From Bacillota bacterium (GTDB taxonomy: Bacteria; Bacillota; Limnochordia; DTU080), in contig DUQB01000116.1 in the NCBI GenBank assembly GCA_012838035.1, forward strand, positions 1 through 62,090: a DNA stretch of 62,090 nucleotides. Reading direction: 5' to 3'. The notes below the pieces were generated by a model, which saw nothing but the letters and a program-made list of their open reading frames with translations, had not been told where the DNA came from and searched no databases. This document shows positions 42,639-52,064 of this stretch, one piece after another. Positions within the stretch are counted from its first letter, which is position 1, and each line of letters opens with the position of its first letter. The position numbers and the translations under genes were made by a program.

Positions 42639-43604
42639 CTAGAATAACTCATTAGCATCCGCGGAGGTCCGACGATAAGCCTTGCGAAAATCACTGGGGC
42701 TACAATTGGTAAGATCACGAAAAGCCCGTGAGAACTGGGCGGCATCTGCGATACCAACCGCTTTTCCAATCGCGGCTATCGACAAATCGGTACCGATGAG
42801 CAGTGATTGAGCGCGCTTCATGCGTTGCTCCTTGATATAGCTCCCCAATGACTGACCCGTCAATTTGTTGATTAACCGGTAAACATGTTTCTCGCTGTAA
42901 TGAAAGGCTGCGGCGATGCTCTGCGCGGAAACGTTGTCGGCCAAGTTCGCCTCTATGTAAGAGTGGATATCGGCAAGCTGCTCAATTTGTCTGCCATGTA
43001 GGATCTTTTTGGTGTCGCCCTCTGTTTGGCAACACGTTTGCCTCAATCGTTCGACCATGCACGACAACTCTTGTAGCTTTAAAAACGCCATCTTTGCATA
43101 GAGAGGCGGTTGACCGGTCACCTCATCGTTGATATCGATGAAAAGGTTCTCGAGTTTGGCTAGGTGCTTTTGCGGCACGTCCATAAAACGCAGCCCGTGG
43201 AGCTCTCCTAACCCAAGTGGATAACCCGGTTGCTCCGGCTCACCCAACAGACTGAGCAAAACGTCGGGCTGAATACAGACGTTCCAACGCGCGTATGTGC
43301 CGTGTACCAGTAGGCTGTGCGGCATAGTACTCGCGTACTGAACCAAAATAGGCGCTGTAAACGGGAAAGGCTGTTTATTCAAAGTAAGTACGCCGTGCCC
43401 CGATTGACAAAAGAGAAACTCAATGCCGATATGCTGGTGCGTTGTATATACGTAATTTTGGTGTACATGATGTTCGCAAAAAATCGGTTGATGCAGTAGT
43501 CTTAGGCAGAACTTGGTGTCCCAAGCCCGACCGTACCTACCCGAAGTCGTCGGAACAGGCGTCCCGTACATCGCTGCATCAACCTCCAACTTTGCATTGT
43601 ACAC
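42639..43604 (-). CDS. AraC-family transcriptional regulator (cupin-like sensor + HTH)
   Basis: HQH..EF cupin motif; C-terminal IAAIGKAVG..DAAQFSRAFR...SPSDFRK. Confidence 0.88.
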   Translation of the reverse strand: MYNAKLEVDAAMYGTPVPTTSGRYGRAWDTKFCLRLLHQPIFCEHHVHQNYVYTTHQHIGIEFLFCQSGHGVLTLNKQPFPFTAPILVQYASTMPHSLLVHGTYARWNVCIQPDVLLSLLGEPEQPGYPLGLGELHGLRFMDVPQKHLAKLENLFIDINDEVTGQPPLYAKMAFLKLQELSCMVERLRQTCCQTEGDTKKILHGRQIEQLADIHSYIEANLADNVSAQSIAAAFHYSEKHVYRLINKLTGQSLGSYIKEQRMKRAQSLLIGTDLSIAAIGKAVGIADAAQFSRAFRDLTNCSPSDFRKAYRRTSADANELF

Positions 43605-43748
43605 ATACGAAATGCTTCACATGTACGGCATCGTATGGGACAAGTCCTTCCGTGGAGTACGCGTTATAGGATCCGACGACGCCCATACGGCCTGCACTAG
43701 CCGGACACATTGTTCGCCACACAGGCACAATCGGCCCGAAAGACGTCT

Positions 43749-46025
43749 CTAAAGCAATATAGATACCTCATCCCGATCGATGCGTTCGATGCAGGAGCGT
43801 AACTTTGCCTGTAAGAAGGGATCTTCTTTCGCCGCATTGCGTACTTGCCGCAAGATGTCAATAGCTCTGCGGAACGCATACACTATGTCGCCTTCGTCAA
43901 CAAGCAGACCTTGCAGCAGCTCGTTAAAACGAGCACCTTCACTCCACTTAAAGGAAGCTTCCGCCATGTGCACGTTCAAGTGCACCGTAGTATAGCCTAA
44001 ATAGGTCTCCTCCATGGTCTCCAACAGGTTCATGACCCGACGCACCGGTCCCTCATCAAATACGCGTTGTCTTGCCCTGGTCTCGCCTTTACGAGGTTCA
44101 TAATCCAAGGAAACGCACAATGCTGCCAATTCACTTTCAGCCCAATCGTGGAATACGCCGCGGAAGAACAGTTCGGTGATCATCAACTCCTGGCCGTTAA
44201 TCTGCGCGGCAAATTGACCGCGTGTCGTCAGCTCATCCTCACGCAGGTAATCCAAGGCTGCGAGCAACGCCTTCTTATCTCTATACTGCTGAATGTAAAA
44301 ATCCGTCGGTGATAATTCCTGTAACTGACCGCGTGCCTCTGCCAGTTGACTTGTCAACCTGTTAAAGGTACGATCTCGCTCACGGCAAAGAGCCATGCAC
44401 TCATCACTGCACTTGCGTGTACTAATTGCGGACATCTCTTTCTCCAACCGGCGCATCTGTCGCCTTAGACTCTTTATACCGCGATAATCGCCGTTGCGTA
44501 GTCGTTTTTGCATCCGCTTAGCCAGTGCTCCGTGCTGCCTTTTCTTTTTCAGATAGCGCAACGGACAGCTCTCTTTGCCCATGTCTTGGCACCAATCAGC
44601 CGCCAACTCTTTTTCAATACGTACGATCTCCGCTTGCAATCGACGGCGTGTCGCCGTGGTCTGATATGAAGCGAAGTTCTTATGTAGGATGTCTATGGTC
44701 TCTTCTTCCGTGTAATTGTGGACTAGATTAAGTACAGTGTTATAGCTCAACGTAAAGCGGCTCTGGAGCGGTTCCACATCGCTTTCACGCATAGAGGGGA
44801 ATTCGTTGGGATTAAAGTAATTCATATCCACAACAGTAAACACATATCCTACCTCGTCAATACCACGACGCCCCGCCCGCCCGGCAATCTGGAAGTACTC
44901 GCGATTGGTTAGCGGTCGAAACACCGTGCCGTCCCATTTTGTGACCGCATCAAAGCACACTGTTTTACAGGGGAAGTTAAGTCCTACGGCAAACGTCTCG
45001 GTGCAATACAACACATAGATAAGCTTCTGTTCAAACAGCTCTTCCACTATGTCTTTGACAATAGGCAACAACCCGGCGTGGTGGTAGCCGATACCGCAAA
45101 GCAGCAGTTGCTCCAAATCGCGTAGACTTCCGCCCGAACTGCGATGGCGCTCAAGCTGCTCGTTGATCACTTCCTTCACGCGTCGTTTTTGGTTCGGTGA
45201 GAGAAAATCGCGCACTTCAGCCAGTTGATGCGCATGGGCTTCACACCGGCGCCGACTGAAGGCAAAAAAGAGGCACGGCAGGTACTCCGGCGGTAGTTCT
45301 TTGATTAAATCCAAGTGCGTTGTCTGTGGAAACTCATGACTGAGGTTGCCGGATGCGGTTGTGCCGAATTTGCGGGCATACCGATTGTAACGGCCAACCA
45401 TCTTGGCCAGGTCACAAAAGCCGTAATTCACTGAAAAAAGGCTGTGATGTAAAGGTACGGCGCGTTCAAAATGTCGCACCACCTGCACCTCGTGCCCCTG
45501 CACCGAACTGATCCACTGCGCTAGTTCCGTGACATTGGGGATGGTGGCGGATAGACCCAAAAAGCGCATATGCGGCGGCATAAAAATCAGGCTTTCTTCC
45601 CACACGCTGCCGCGCATCGGGTCATCAATATAGTGAATCTCGTCAAATATCACGTAGTGGACGCCATCGAGACGCGCCGGGCTCTGATGCAGGAGATTCC
45701 GAAAGATTTCGGTCGTCATAATGAGGATAGGTGCTTCCGGGTTCTCCACCACGTCACCGGTAAGAATACCCACATGCTCATCGCCTAACAACCGTTTAAA
45801 TTCCTTGTATTTCTGATTACTCAACGCCTTAATCGGCGCCGTATAGATTACCCGCTGATCGGCGTGAAAGCAACGTTCAATCACATAATCGGCGATAAGC
45901 GTTTTTCCGGTACCGGTAGGTGCGCTCACAAGCACCGATTGCTCTTTTTCAATGGCTTCTATAGCTTTGGCCTGGAAAGGATCGAGCTTGTATCCGCGAT
46001 AGGTCCGGACCACTTGTGTCTGCAT
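43749..46025 (-). CDS. Ski2/HelY-like DExH-box RNA helicase with DSHCT domain
   Basis: APTGTGKT, PIKALSNQK, TTE, DEIH, LSAT, HHAGL, TETFAVG, QIAGRAGRRG and C-terminal EGD..R...D.LRQ motifs. Confidence 0.88.
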   Translation of the reverse strand: MQTQVVRTYRGYKLDPFQAKAIEAIEKEQSVLVSAPTGTGKTLIADYVIERCFHADQRVIYTAPIKALSNQKYKEFKRLLGDEHVGILTGDVVENPEAPILIMTTEIFRNLLHQSPARLDGVHYVIFDEIHYIDDPMRGSVWEESLIFMPPHMRFLGLSATIPNVTELAQWISSVQGHEVQVVRHFERAVPLHHSLFSVNYGFCDLAKMVGRYNRYARKFGTTASGNLSHEFPQTTHLDLIKELPPEYLPCLFFAFSRRRCEAHAHQLAEVRDFLSPNQKRRVKEVINEQLERHRSSGGSLRDLEQLLLCGIGYHHAGLLPIVKDIVEELFEQKLIYVLYCTETFAVGLNFPCKTVCFDAVTKWDGTVFRPLTNREYFQIAGRAGRRGIDEVGYVFTVVDMNYFNPNEFPSMRESDVEPLQSRFTLSYNTVLNLVHNYTEEETIDILHKNFASYQTTATRRRLQAEIVRIEKELAADWCQDMGKESCPLRYLKKKRQHGALAKRMQKRLRNGDYRGIKSLRRQMRRLEKEMSAISTRKCSDECMALCRERDRTFNRLTSQLAEARGQLQELSPTDFYIQQYRDKKALLAALDYLREDELTTRGQFAAQINGQELMITELFFRGVFHDWAESELAALCVSLDYEPRKGETRARQRVFDEGPVRRVMNLLETMEETYLGYTTVHLNVHMAEASFKWSEGARFNELLQGLLVDEGDIVYAFRRAIDILRQVRNAAKEDPFLQAKLRSCIERIDRDEVSILL

Positions 46026-46131
46026 CAGATGAATGCACTCCCTGCGTCTTTGTTGCGGTGACGATATGATATAATTCTGTCCGAGGAGCTCCTGCTCCGG
46101 CCATTAAAAGTGAGCTTCAAGGAGAAAGATA

Positions 46132-47247
46132 TTGAGCCTAATCAGCCGGCTGAAAACCTACGCCGCTGCAATCGGCTTGGACGCCCTGGCCGTCACATCC
46201 GCCGCGCCTTTTGCCGCTGAGGCAGCCATTCTACGCGAGCGGTCGGCGGCTGATCTGTATCCTGCGTTTATTACGCGCAACCTGGCGCAACGTTGCGACC
46301 CTACGGTAGTACTTCCCGGTTGCCGATCGGTGATTGTAGCGGCATTGTCGTATCATTCACGGGAGGAACCCAGCGAGCCGTCTCGCCGATCGGGTTATGT
46401 AGCCCGTTATGCTCAGTGCGACGACTACCATCAGGTACTTTATGCCAAGCTGCAATTGCTGGCCGAGTTCCTCACGCCGCATGCCCCAGACTCACACCGG
46501 TATAAGATCCAAGTTGACAATGGGCCGTGTTTGGAACGTGCCGCTGCTTTGCGCGCCGGTTTGGGCTGGCAAGGTAAAAACAATTTGCTGTATGTGCCCG
46601 GTTTGGGCTCATGGGTCGTACTTGGCATATTACTTACCAATATTACCTTACCGCACCAGGTGTTGTCTCCACAAAGCCGGTGCGGTAGTTGTGAACGTTG
46701 TCTAAAGAGTTGTCCGACAGATGCTCTCGTAGGTCCATACACAATAGACCCGCAACGCTGTCTAGCTTATATTACCCAAATGCCGGGCTTAATCCCGCAT
46801 ACCTATCGCAAGTTGATGGGGGCGCGGCTGTGGGGATGCGATACATGCCAGTTGGTTTGCCCTCATAATGCCAAACTGCCGGTCCGCAGGCATGCGGAGT
46901 GGGGTGAACCGCTCAAAACGCCGGACCTGATCGCCTTACTGCAAATGTCCCCGGCGGAGTTCACCGCTCAATTCGGCAGAACAGCTCTCCACTGGCGGGG
47001 AGTAAAAACATTGCGACGCAATGCTGCCATAGTGTTAGGCAATCTTGGTGATCGAGAGGCTGTTGGGGCGCTTGCGGCTCAGGTGAGACATCATCCCAGC
47101 CCTATTCAACGTGCCGTTTGCGCTTGGGCTTTAGGAGAAATTGGCGGTGAATCGGCGCGGAGCAGTTTATCTCAGGCATTGCAGCATGAGAGAGAACCCC
47201 AAGTGCGGGCAGAAATTCAAACGGCTCTAGCCGCAATCGGAGGTTGA
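46132..47247 (+). CDS. queG: Epoxyqueuosine reductase
   Basis: ARYA..DYH, GLGWQGKN, CGSCERCLKSCP and GCDTCQLVCP motifs, plus a C-terminal HEAT repeat. Confidence 0.92.
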   Translation: MSLISRLKTYAAAIGLDALAVTSAAPFAAEAAILRERSAADLYPAFITRNLAQRCDPTVVLPGCRSVIVAALSYHSREEPSEPSRRSGYVARYAQCDDYHQVLYAKLQLLAEFLTPHAPDSHRYKIQVDNGPCLERAAALRAGLGWQGKNNLLYVPGLGSWVVLGILLTNITLPHQVLSPQSRCGSCERCLKSCPTDALVGPYTIDPQRCLAYITQMPGLIPHTYRKLMGARLWGCDTCQLVCPHNAKLPVRRHAEWGEPLKTPDLIALLQMSPAEFTAQFGRTALHWRGVKTLRRNAAIVLGNLGDREAVGALAAQVRHHPSPIQRAVCAWALGEIGGESARSSLSQALQHEREPQVRAEIQTALAAIGG

Positions 47248-47289
47248 ACCGACTGCACGGGCATTCACCGCTGCAGCTGGAACAGAGGA

Positions 47290-48021
47290 TTAGGAAGCCA
47301 ACGCGGGAAAAAGGCGGCCGAGTACATCGGGGATCTCCAGTAAACTCGTGACCCGTACGTAACGCGGATCGTCGCCATCAATGGGAACGACATCATAAGC
47401 CCAGGTATCCTGCAAAACGTGAACGGCATGCATGCCCAGCTCCAAAGCAGGGGCTATATCCGAGCGGGGACTATTGCCGATGACGCAACAATCTTCCGGG
47501 CGGCGCGGACCAAGTGCAGCCCGTAAGGTCTGCACATTTTTGTCCGGAGTAACATACAACCGATCCACAAGCGGTCGGTATCCCGACCGTTCCACTTTAT
47601 GCGTCTGTATGACGGCATCACCGGCAGTCCATATGGTTATTTCACAACCGAGTTCCCGCAACTGCGTCAGTAATTGCCGAGCGCCCGGATAATCCGCTTG
47701 CTCCATATATGGAACCGCGGCCGCTTTTTCATAAAGCAGCGCGGCAAGGCGCGGTTCCACGTCGGTGCTATGTTCTTGCGCCAATTGCCGATAAACATCC
47801 ACCCAAGCACTAGGGTAATTCTCCGGGTTCAAACCCCTGGCTTCAGCCTTGCTCAAATCGATGTCGTGCGCCAACGTGGTGATCTGTTCAACGCTGAGGC
47901 GAATTTGCGGCAGCTTTTGCAGCAACAATCCGGCGTTTTCCCGACTTACTTGCGTATAGAGCGCATTGGTAACCTTCAGCGTGTCATCCCAATCGACGAA
48001 CACGTGCACCTGAGCAGACAA
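47290..48021 (-). CDS. HAD-family hydrolase
   Basis: DWDDTL motif I; TAGD, K and GNSPRSDI motifs. Confidence 0.85.
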   Translation of the reverse strand: MSAQVHVFVDWDDTLKVTNALYTQVSRENAGLLLQKLPQIRLSVEQITTLAHDIDLSKAEARGLNPENYPSAWVDVYRQLAQEHSTDVEPRLAALLYEKAAAVPYMEQADYPGARQLLTQLRELGCEITIWTAGDAVIQTHKVERSGYRPLVDRLYVTPDKNVQTLRAALGPRRPEDCCVIGNSPRSDIAPALELGMHAVHVLQDTWAYDVVPIDGDDPRYVRVTSLLEIPDVLGRLFPALAS

Positions 48022-48057
48022 ACGTTGTAACCTCCCGGAAAACTAACCATGTGCCTT

Positions 48058-49005
48058 TTAGTCTATCACAAAGATAATCGCAAAACGACCTAGAAAGTCG
48101 TATTGGTCTGTGGCTGCGCGTATCCTGCGCGCGGCTTCCTCACCAATTATGACGCTGGTTCGCGGCATCCCGCTCACCCCTTGGGCGTCCACAATTAACG
48201 GCAAGCGCATCGGATACTCTTCACTGACCGCCAGGCGCGGGTGCTCCGCAGCATCTTCTAAGGTACGCACATAGGCAACCAAGCCTTTGCCTATCAGCTG
48301 CTCAAAGGTAGCGCCTTTACCGTCAAAAATCAGTCTGCCGGTTACATCATAGATTCTAGGACTCATGCCTCTTTCCAACGTAGTACCGAGCGCGTTCACA
48401 ACCAGCCCGGTATACAAGGGCTTTCCTGCCTTCAGATTGACTTCCCACTGTGCCGCTACTTCCTCAGCAGCGGTTTTACTCTCTTGCACAGAGACATCGT
48501 CCCACCAGACCGTACCCCCCGCGCTGCTTGCCAGGACAATTTCGCCTTTAGCATCGGTTGCTGTAAACTCCAAGGCAATCCGTTCCCAACCATCTCCGGT
48601 AAGTCCCCTATACAGGCTGGGAAATCCGTCGGACATACGTACGCCGATACGGGCCTGCAGTCCGGATCTTTCAGCCTTAGCCCAAGCCGTGAGCACATAC
48701 CGGCGTCCGGGCACTAGTGGTAGTAGCGGTTGCACTAACTCCGAACCAAAATCACTCAGTGAAGTGAGCGCAACCGCATAATCCGGTGCCGCTCCAGCGT
48801 CGGCTTGCCGTCCGGCATTGCTCTCTACTCTGCCATGCGCCGGAAGCACCCAAGCTGATTTGGCAGGCTGTAAGCCCAATACCTGAAAGTTGCCGTCCAC
48901 CATATATTGGACCGTCGTGCCCCATGCAGAGCCCGTCCACAACCCAAGAAACGTACAAAGCAGCGTAATAACCATAGCCAAGGAGAACCGACCGCGTCTA
49001 TTCAT
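48058..49005 (-). CDS. Secreted protein: CBM4/9-like domain plus LPP20-associated C-terminal domain
   Basis: Signal peptide from ATG 49005; DGNF...PGRRYVLTAWAK...W....EF...WWDDVSV jelly-roll pattern; YTGLVV.A...L...MSPRIYD..G C-terminal domain. Confidence 0.6.
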   Translation of the reverse strand: MNRRGRFSLAMVITLLCTFLGLWTGSAWGTTVQYMVDGNFQVLGLQPAKSAWVLPAHGRVESNAGRQADAGAAPDYAVALTSLSDFGSELVQPLLPLVPGRRYVLTAWAKAERSGLQARIGVRMSDGFPSLYRGLTGDGWERIALEFTATDAKGEIVLASSAGGTVWWDDVSVQESKTAAEEVAAQWEVNLKAGKPLYTGLVVNALGTTLERGMSPRIYDVTGRLIFDGKGATFEQLIGKGLVAYVRTLEDAAEHPRLAVSEEYPMRLPLIVDAQGVSGMPRTSVIIGEEAARRIRAATDQYDFLGRFAIIFVID

Positions 49006-49081
49006 CCGACATCCCCTCTCTAACTCTATTACCTGCTTAGTACATATAAGGACAAGTATTACCTCTAATGCTCTTTCACAC

Positions 49082-49108
49082 AAAAAGCGACCTTTATAGA
49101 GGCCGCTT
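49082..49108 (-). terminator. Terminator of trxA (2)
   Basis: Minus strand AAGCGGCCT-ctataa-AGGTCGCTTTTT. Confidence 0.6.
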
Positions 49109-49142
49109 ATGTAGAAAGAGCATGACGAGTAATGCGTTCGAT

Positions 49143-49460
49143 TCAGCCTATTGCCGCTAGAATCCGCTCTTTTAGCTGCTCCTTGTTAAGCAAGCCTACT
49201 GTTCGGCCTACTTCCTTACCACCTTTGAAAATCACCAAGGTGGGAATGCTTAATATGCCGTATTTGGACGTTGCTTCCGGATTATCATCGATATTCAACT
49301 TGACGATGCTGACCTGTTCGCTCAGTTCGTTACCAACTTCATCAAGAACCGGCGCGAAACGACGACATGGTCCGCACCATGGCGCCCAAAAGTCAACCGC
49401 CACAGGTTTCTCTGCTTCCAAAACGCTGCTTTGGAATGTGGAATCGGTGATTTCCTCCAT
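49143..49460 (-). CDS. trxA: Thioredoxin (second copy)
   Basis: DFWAPWCGPC and SIPTL motifs. Confidence 0.94.
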   Translation of the reverse strand: MEEITDSTFQSSVLEAEKPVAVDFWAPWCGPCRRFAPVLDEVGNELSEQVSIVKLNIDDNPEATSKYGILSIPTLVIFKGGKEVGRTVGLLNKEQLKERILAAIG

Positions 49461-49577
49461 AACCGGCTCGCAGCCCGCGCTGACGAGCCTTCACCTCCTT
49501 CAGTGATGAGTCTGATGCATCCGGAGGCGACAGTCCATATAGTCGCCGAACTACGCCCCTGGATCGACATTGAGTTT

Positions 49578-49606
49578 ATTCTAGCCATACGCCATACAGT
49601 CGTCAA
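49578..49606 (-). promoter_or_regulatory. sigmaA promoter of trxA (2)
   Basis: TTGACG (49606-49601), 17-nt spacer, TAGAAT (49583-49578). Confidence 0.65.
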
Positions 49607-49737
49607 GTATCCGGAGCGGTTGTTCGGACCGCTCCGGAATAGGCTAAAGAGGCACGCCTGTGCCTACATGCTCAGTATAAACCGAGGCGCATGGCCTCAT
49701 CCCTAGTTGTAGCAAGGCCATGCGCGCATGCGACCGA

Positions 49738-52011
49738 TTAAAGCAGGGGATGCTCATGCATGGCTTTAAGCCGCTGCCATCTACGTTCCACTTCCTGTGC
49801 GAAAGCCTCAACCACATGTGCGTTTTCCGGCCGGGTCAAGTGCCTGGTTTTACCCATCAACTTGAGCCAGTCAATGACGGGAACCCGCTTTTTCTTCTCC
49901 TCCGGATCGTAGGTGATGGTGGTGATACCCCGTTCAACTTCATAGAGGGGGAAGAAGCATGTATTGACGGCAGTCTGTACGATCAGATTACCTTTGTTGT
50001 CTTCCGCTCTCCAGTTAAGCGGGCAACTGATCAGGAGTTTTCCGTAGGCAAGTCCTTCATTTTTGGCATACCATTGCGCCTTTACGGCCTTACGTATCAG
50101 ATCCTGAGGAAATGCCTCGACACCGGTAAACACATACGGAATATGGGTAGCCGCCATAATTTGAGCGGTATCTTTGTGATGGAACATCTTACCCGTCGCA
50201 TGCGCACCTGGATTCGACGTGCTGGTAGAGTGGCCCAGCGGCGTAGAATAAGACAACTGACTGCCCGTGTTCATATAACCTTCGTTGTCGTACTCCAAGA
50301 TGATCATGCGATGATTGCGCAAAGCAGTACCGATGGCCGGCCCCATACCGATGTCCATACCGCCGTCACCAGTAACCATCACGAAGGTGATGTCTTCGCC
50401 TACCGGTATTTCGCCGCGCTCTTTCTTCTCGTGGAACATCTCCACTAAACCGGAGAGCGTTGCGGCGCCGTTTTGAAACAGATTGTGCAGATAGGTTACC
50501 CTGTGCGAGCTGTAGGGGTATCCCGTGGTTACGACCATGGCGCATCCCGTATGGAAAAGCACGACCACATCGCCTTCCAATGCGCTGAAGAACTGGTTGA
50601 GAGCCGGGAAAATTCCACAGCCCGGGCAGGCACCATGCCCCGGAGCAATTCGTTTGGGCCGGGCGGTGAGTTGCCTGGGTATGGCTGCTTTTACCTTCAG
50701 CTCACCTGACTCAGTCATCTCGGCCTGCGTTAAGCCAAGCTCAACTTCCTCTTTCCGCAACGGCTTCACTACGGTAGTGGGTACGGCGCCGGCTCCGCGG
50801 GCGGTCACGCCGTGGTAATCGAACCGTTGGGCTACTTGCCCTTTTTCCACAGCATCTATAGCTAGGGAGAAAAATGCTTCCGCATCATCATGATAGAAGT
50901 CCCTACCGCCCATCCCGTAGATGCGAGTGAGACAGATGGTATTATTGTCAGGATCGTCTTTAAGAGCGGCTTTCACCTCATGCGTCATGGGACCGCCGTC
51001 AGCGCCGTAGGAATCGCCCCTTTCGCCTATTACGACGCATTTTACATTCGCAAGAGCTTTCCTGATGTCTGCCGCCGGGAAAGGACGCAATACATTAGGG
51101 CTGATTACGCCTGCCTTGATGCCTTGTAAACGCAGGCGATCAGCGACATCCTTTGCCGTTTCCGCGGCGGATTGCAACAAGAACACCGCAACCTCGGCAT
51201 CATCCATATTGTATGAATCAAGCACCGGATAACTCCGCCCCGATATGGCGGCATACGCCTCAAATACCTCCGGAGTGATCTTGCGGGCCGCTTCCATGGC
51301 TTGATGCAGTTGGTATTTATTGTTCATTAAATCAGGATCGTTCATGTATGGGCCGATGGTGACGGGGTTACGGGGATCAAGCGCCGTAACGCGCGGAGGT
51401 ATCTCGCCGATGAAAGACTGCACCGCTTTGGCGTCGGCAAAGTAACGTACCCTTTGCTTCTGGTGGCTCGTAAAGAAACCGTCGTATGCGACGATCACCG
51501 GCAACTGCACATCGGGATGTTCTGAAATCCGTACCGCCATAATGTTCATATCGTATACGGCTTGAGGATCACGCGCCGACAACACGATCCAACCGGTATG
51601 AATGGCAAAGTATAGGTCGCTATGATCACCGCGAATATCCAATGGTCCGCTCACGGTACGCGTCACCAAATCGAGCACCATGGGGAAACGCGTGCCCGAC
51701 TGTACCGGCAGTTGCTCCAAGGCGTAAAGTAGACCGTTTGCACTGGTAGCGTTGAACACGCGTCCGCCGCCGGTAGATGCGCCGTAGCATATACCTGCGG
51801 CTCCGTGCTCGCCGTCCGCGGGGATCATTCTGATTTGGTGTTCCCCATCGGCTTTTGCTTCATCAAGGTACTCCGCTATTTCGGTGGACGGCGTGATCGG
51901 ATAGTAGCCCATAACATGGAAATTGATTTGCTTGGCGGCTTGAGCAGCCATCTCATTGCCGGAAAGGAAGTCGACAACCTGCTTATATCCTACTTGCTTT
52001 TCTATAGCCAT
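49738..52011 (-). CDS. 2-oxoacid (pyruvate):ferredoxin oxidoreductase, fused alpha-beta subunit
   Basis: Alpha motifs SGNE, YPITP and EH; beta/TPP motifs ACPGCG, TGC, GDGG and YDNEGYMNTG. Confidence 0.88.
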   Translation of the reverse strand: MAIEKQVGYKQVVDFLSGNEMAAQAAKQINFHVMGYYPITPSTEIAEYLDEAKADGEHQIRMIPADGEHGAAGICYGASTGGGRVFNATSANGLLYALEQLPVQSGTRFPMVLDLVTRTVSGPLDIRGDHSDLYFAIHTGWIVLSARDPQAVYDMNIMAVRISEHPDVQLPVIVAYDGFFTSHQKQRVRYFADAKAVQSFIGEIPPRVTALDPRNPVTIGPYMNDPDLMNNKYQLHQAMEAARKITPEVFEAYAAISGRSYPVLDSYNMDDAEVAVFLLQSAAETAKDVADRLRLQGIKAGVISPNVLRPFPAADIRKALANVKCVVIGERGDSYGADGGPMTHEVKAALKDDPDNNTICLTRIYGMGGRDFYHDDAEAFFSLAIDAVEKGQVAQRFDYHGVTARGAGAVPTTVVKPLRKEEVELGLTQAEMTESGELKVKAAIPRQLTARPKRIAPGHGACPGCGIFPALNQFFSALEGDVVVLFHTGCAMVVTTGYPYSSHRVTYLHNLFQNGAATLSGLVEMFHEKKERGEIPVGEDITFVMVTGDGGMDIGMGPAIGTALRNHRMIILEYDNEGYMNTGSQLSYSTPLGHSTSTSNPGAHATGKMFHHKDTAQIMAATHIPYVFTGVEAFPQDLIRKAVKAQWYAKNEGLAYGKLLISCPLNWRAEDNKGNLIVQTAVNTCFFPLYEVERGITTITYDPEEKKKRVPVIDWLKLMGKTRHLTRPENAHVVEAFAQEVERRWQRLKAMHEHPLL

Positions 52012-52064
52012 CTATTATCACCTAACCTTTTCGTGGCTCAGCCATCTAGCCGTATGACAGACGG

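Noticed and set aside
37580-46025. MrfAB-type repair pair (exonuclease plus helicase)
   Set aside because: The helicase is Ski2/HelY-like with DSHCT rather than MrfA with a C-terminal Cys domain, and the genes are 5 kb apart.
49461-49495. In-frame TGA plus hairpin before trxA as a selenocysteine/SECIS signal
   Set aside because: The TGA overlaps the SD, another stop lies just upstream with no start between them, and the active site is ordinary WCGPC.
49720-50448. 242-aa plus-strand ORF
   Set aside because: Antisense to the oxidoreductase beta domain, with no motifs.
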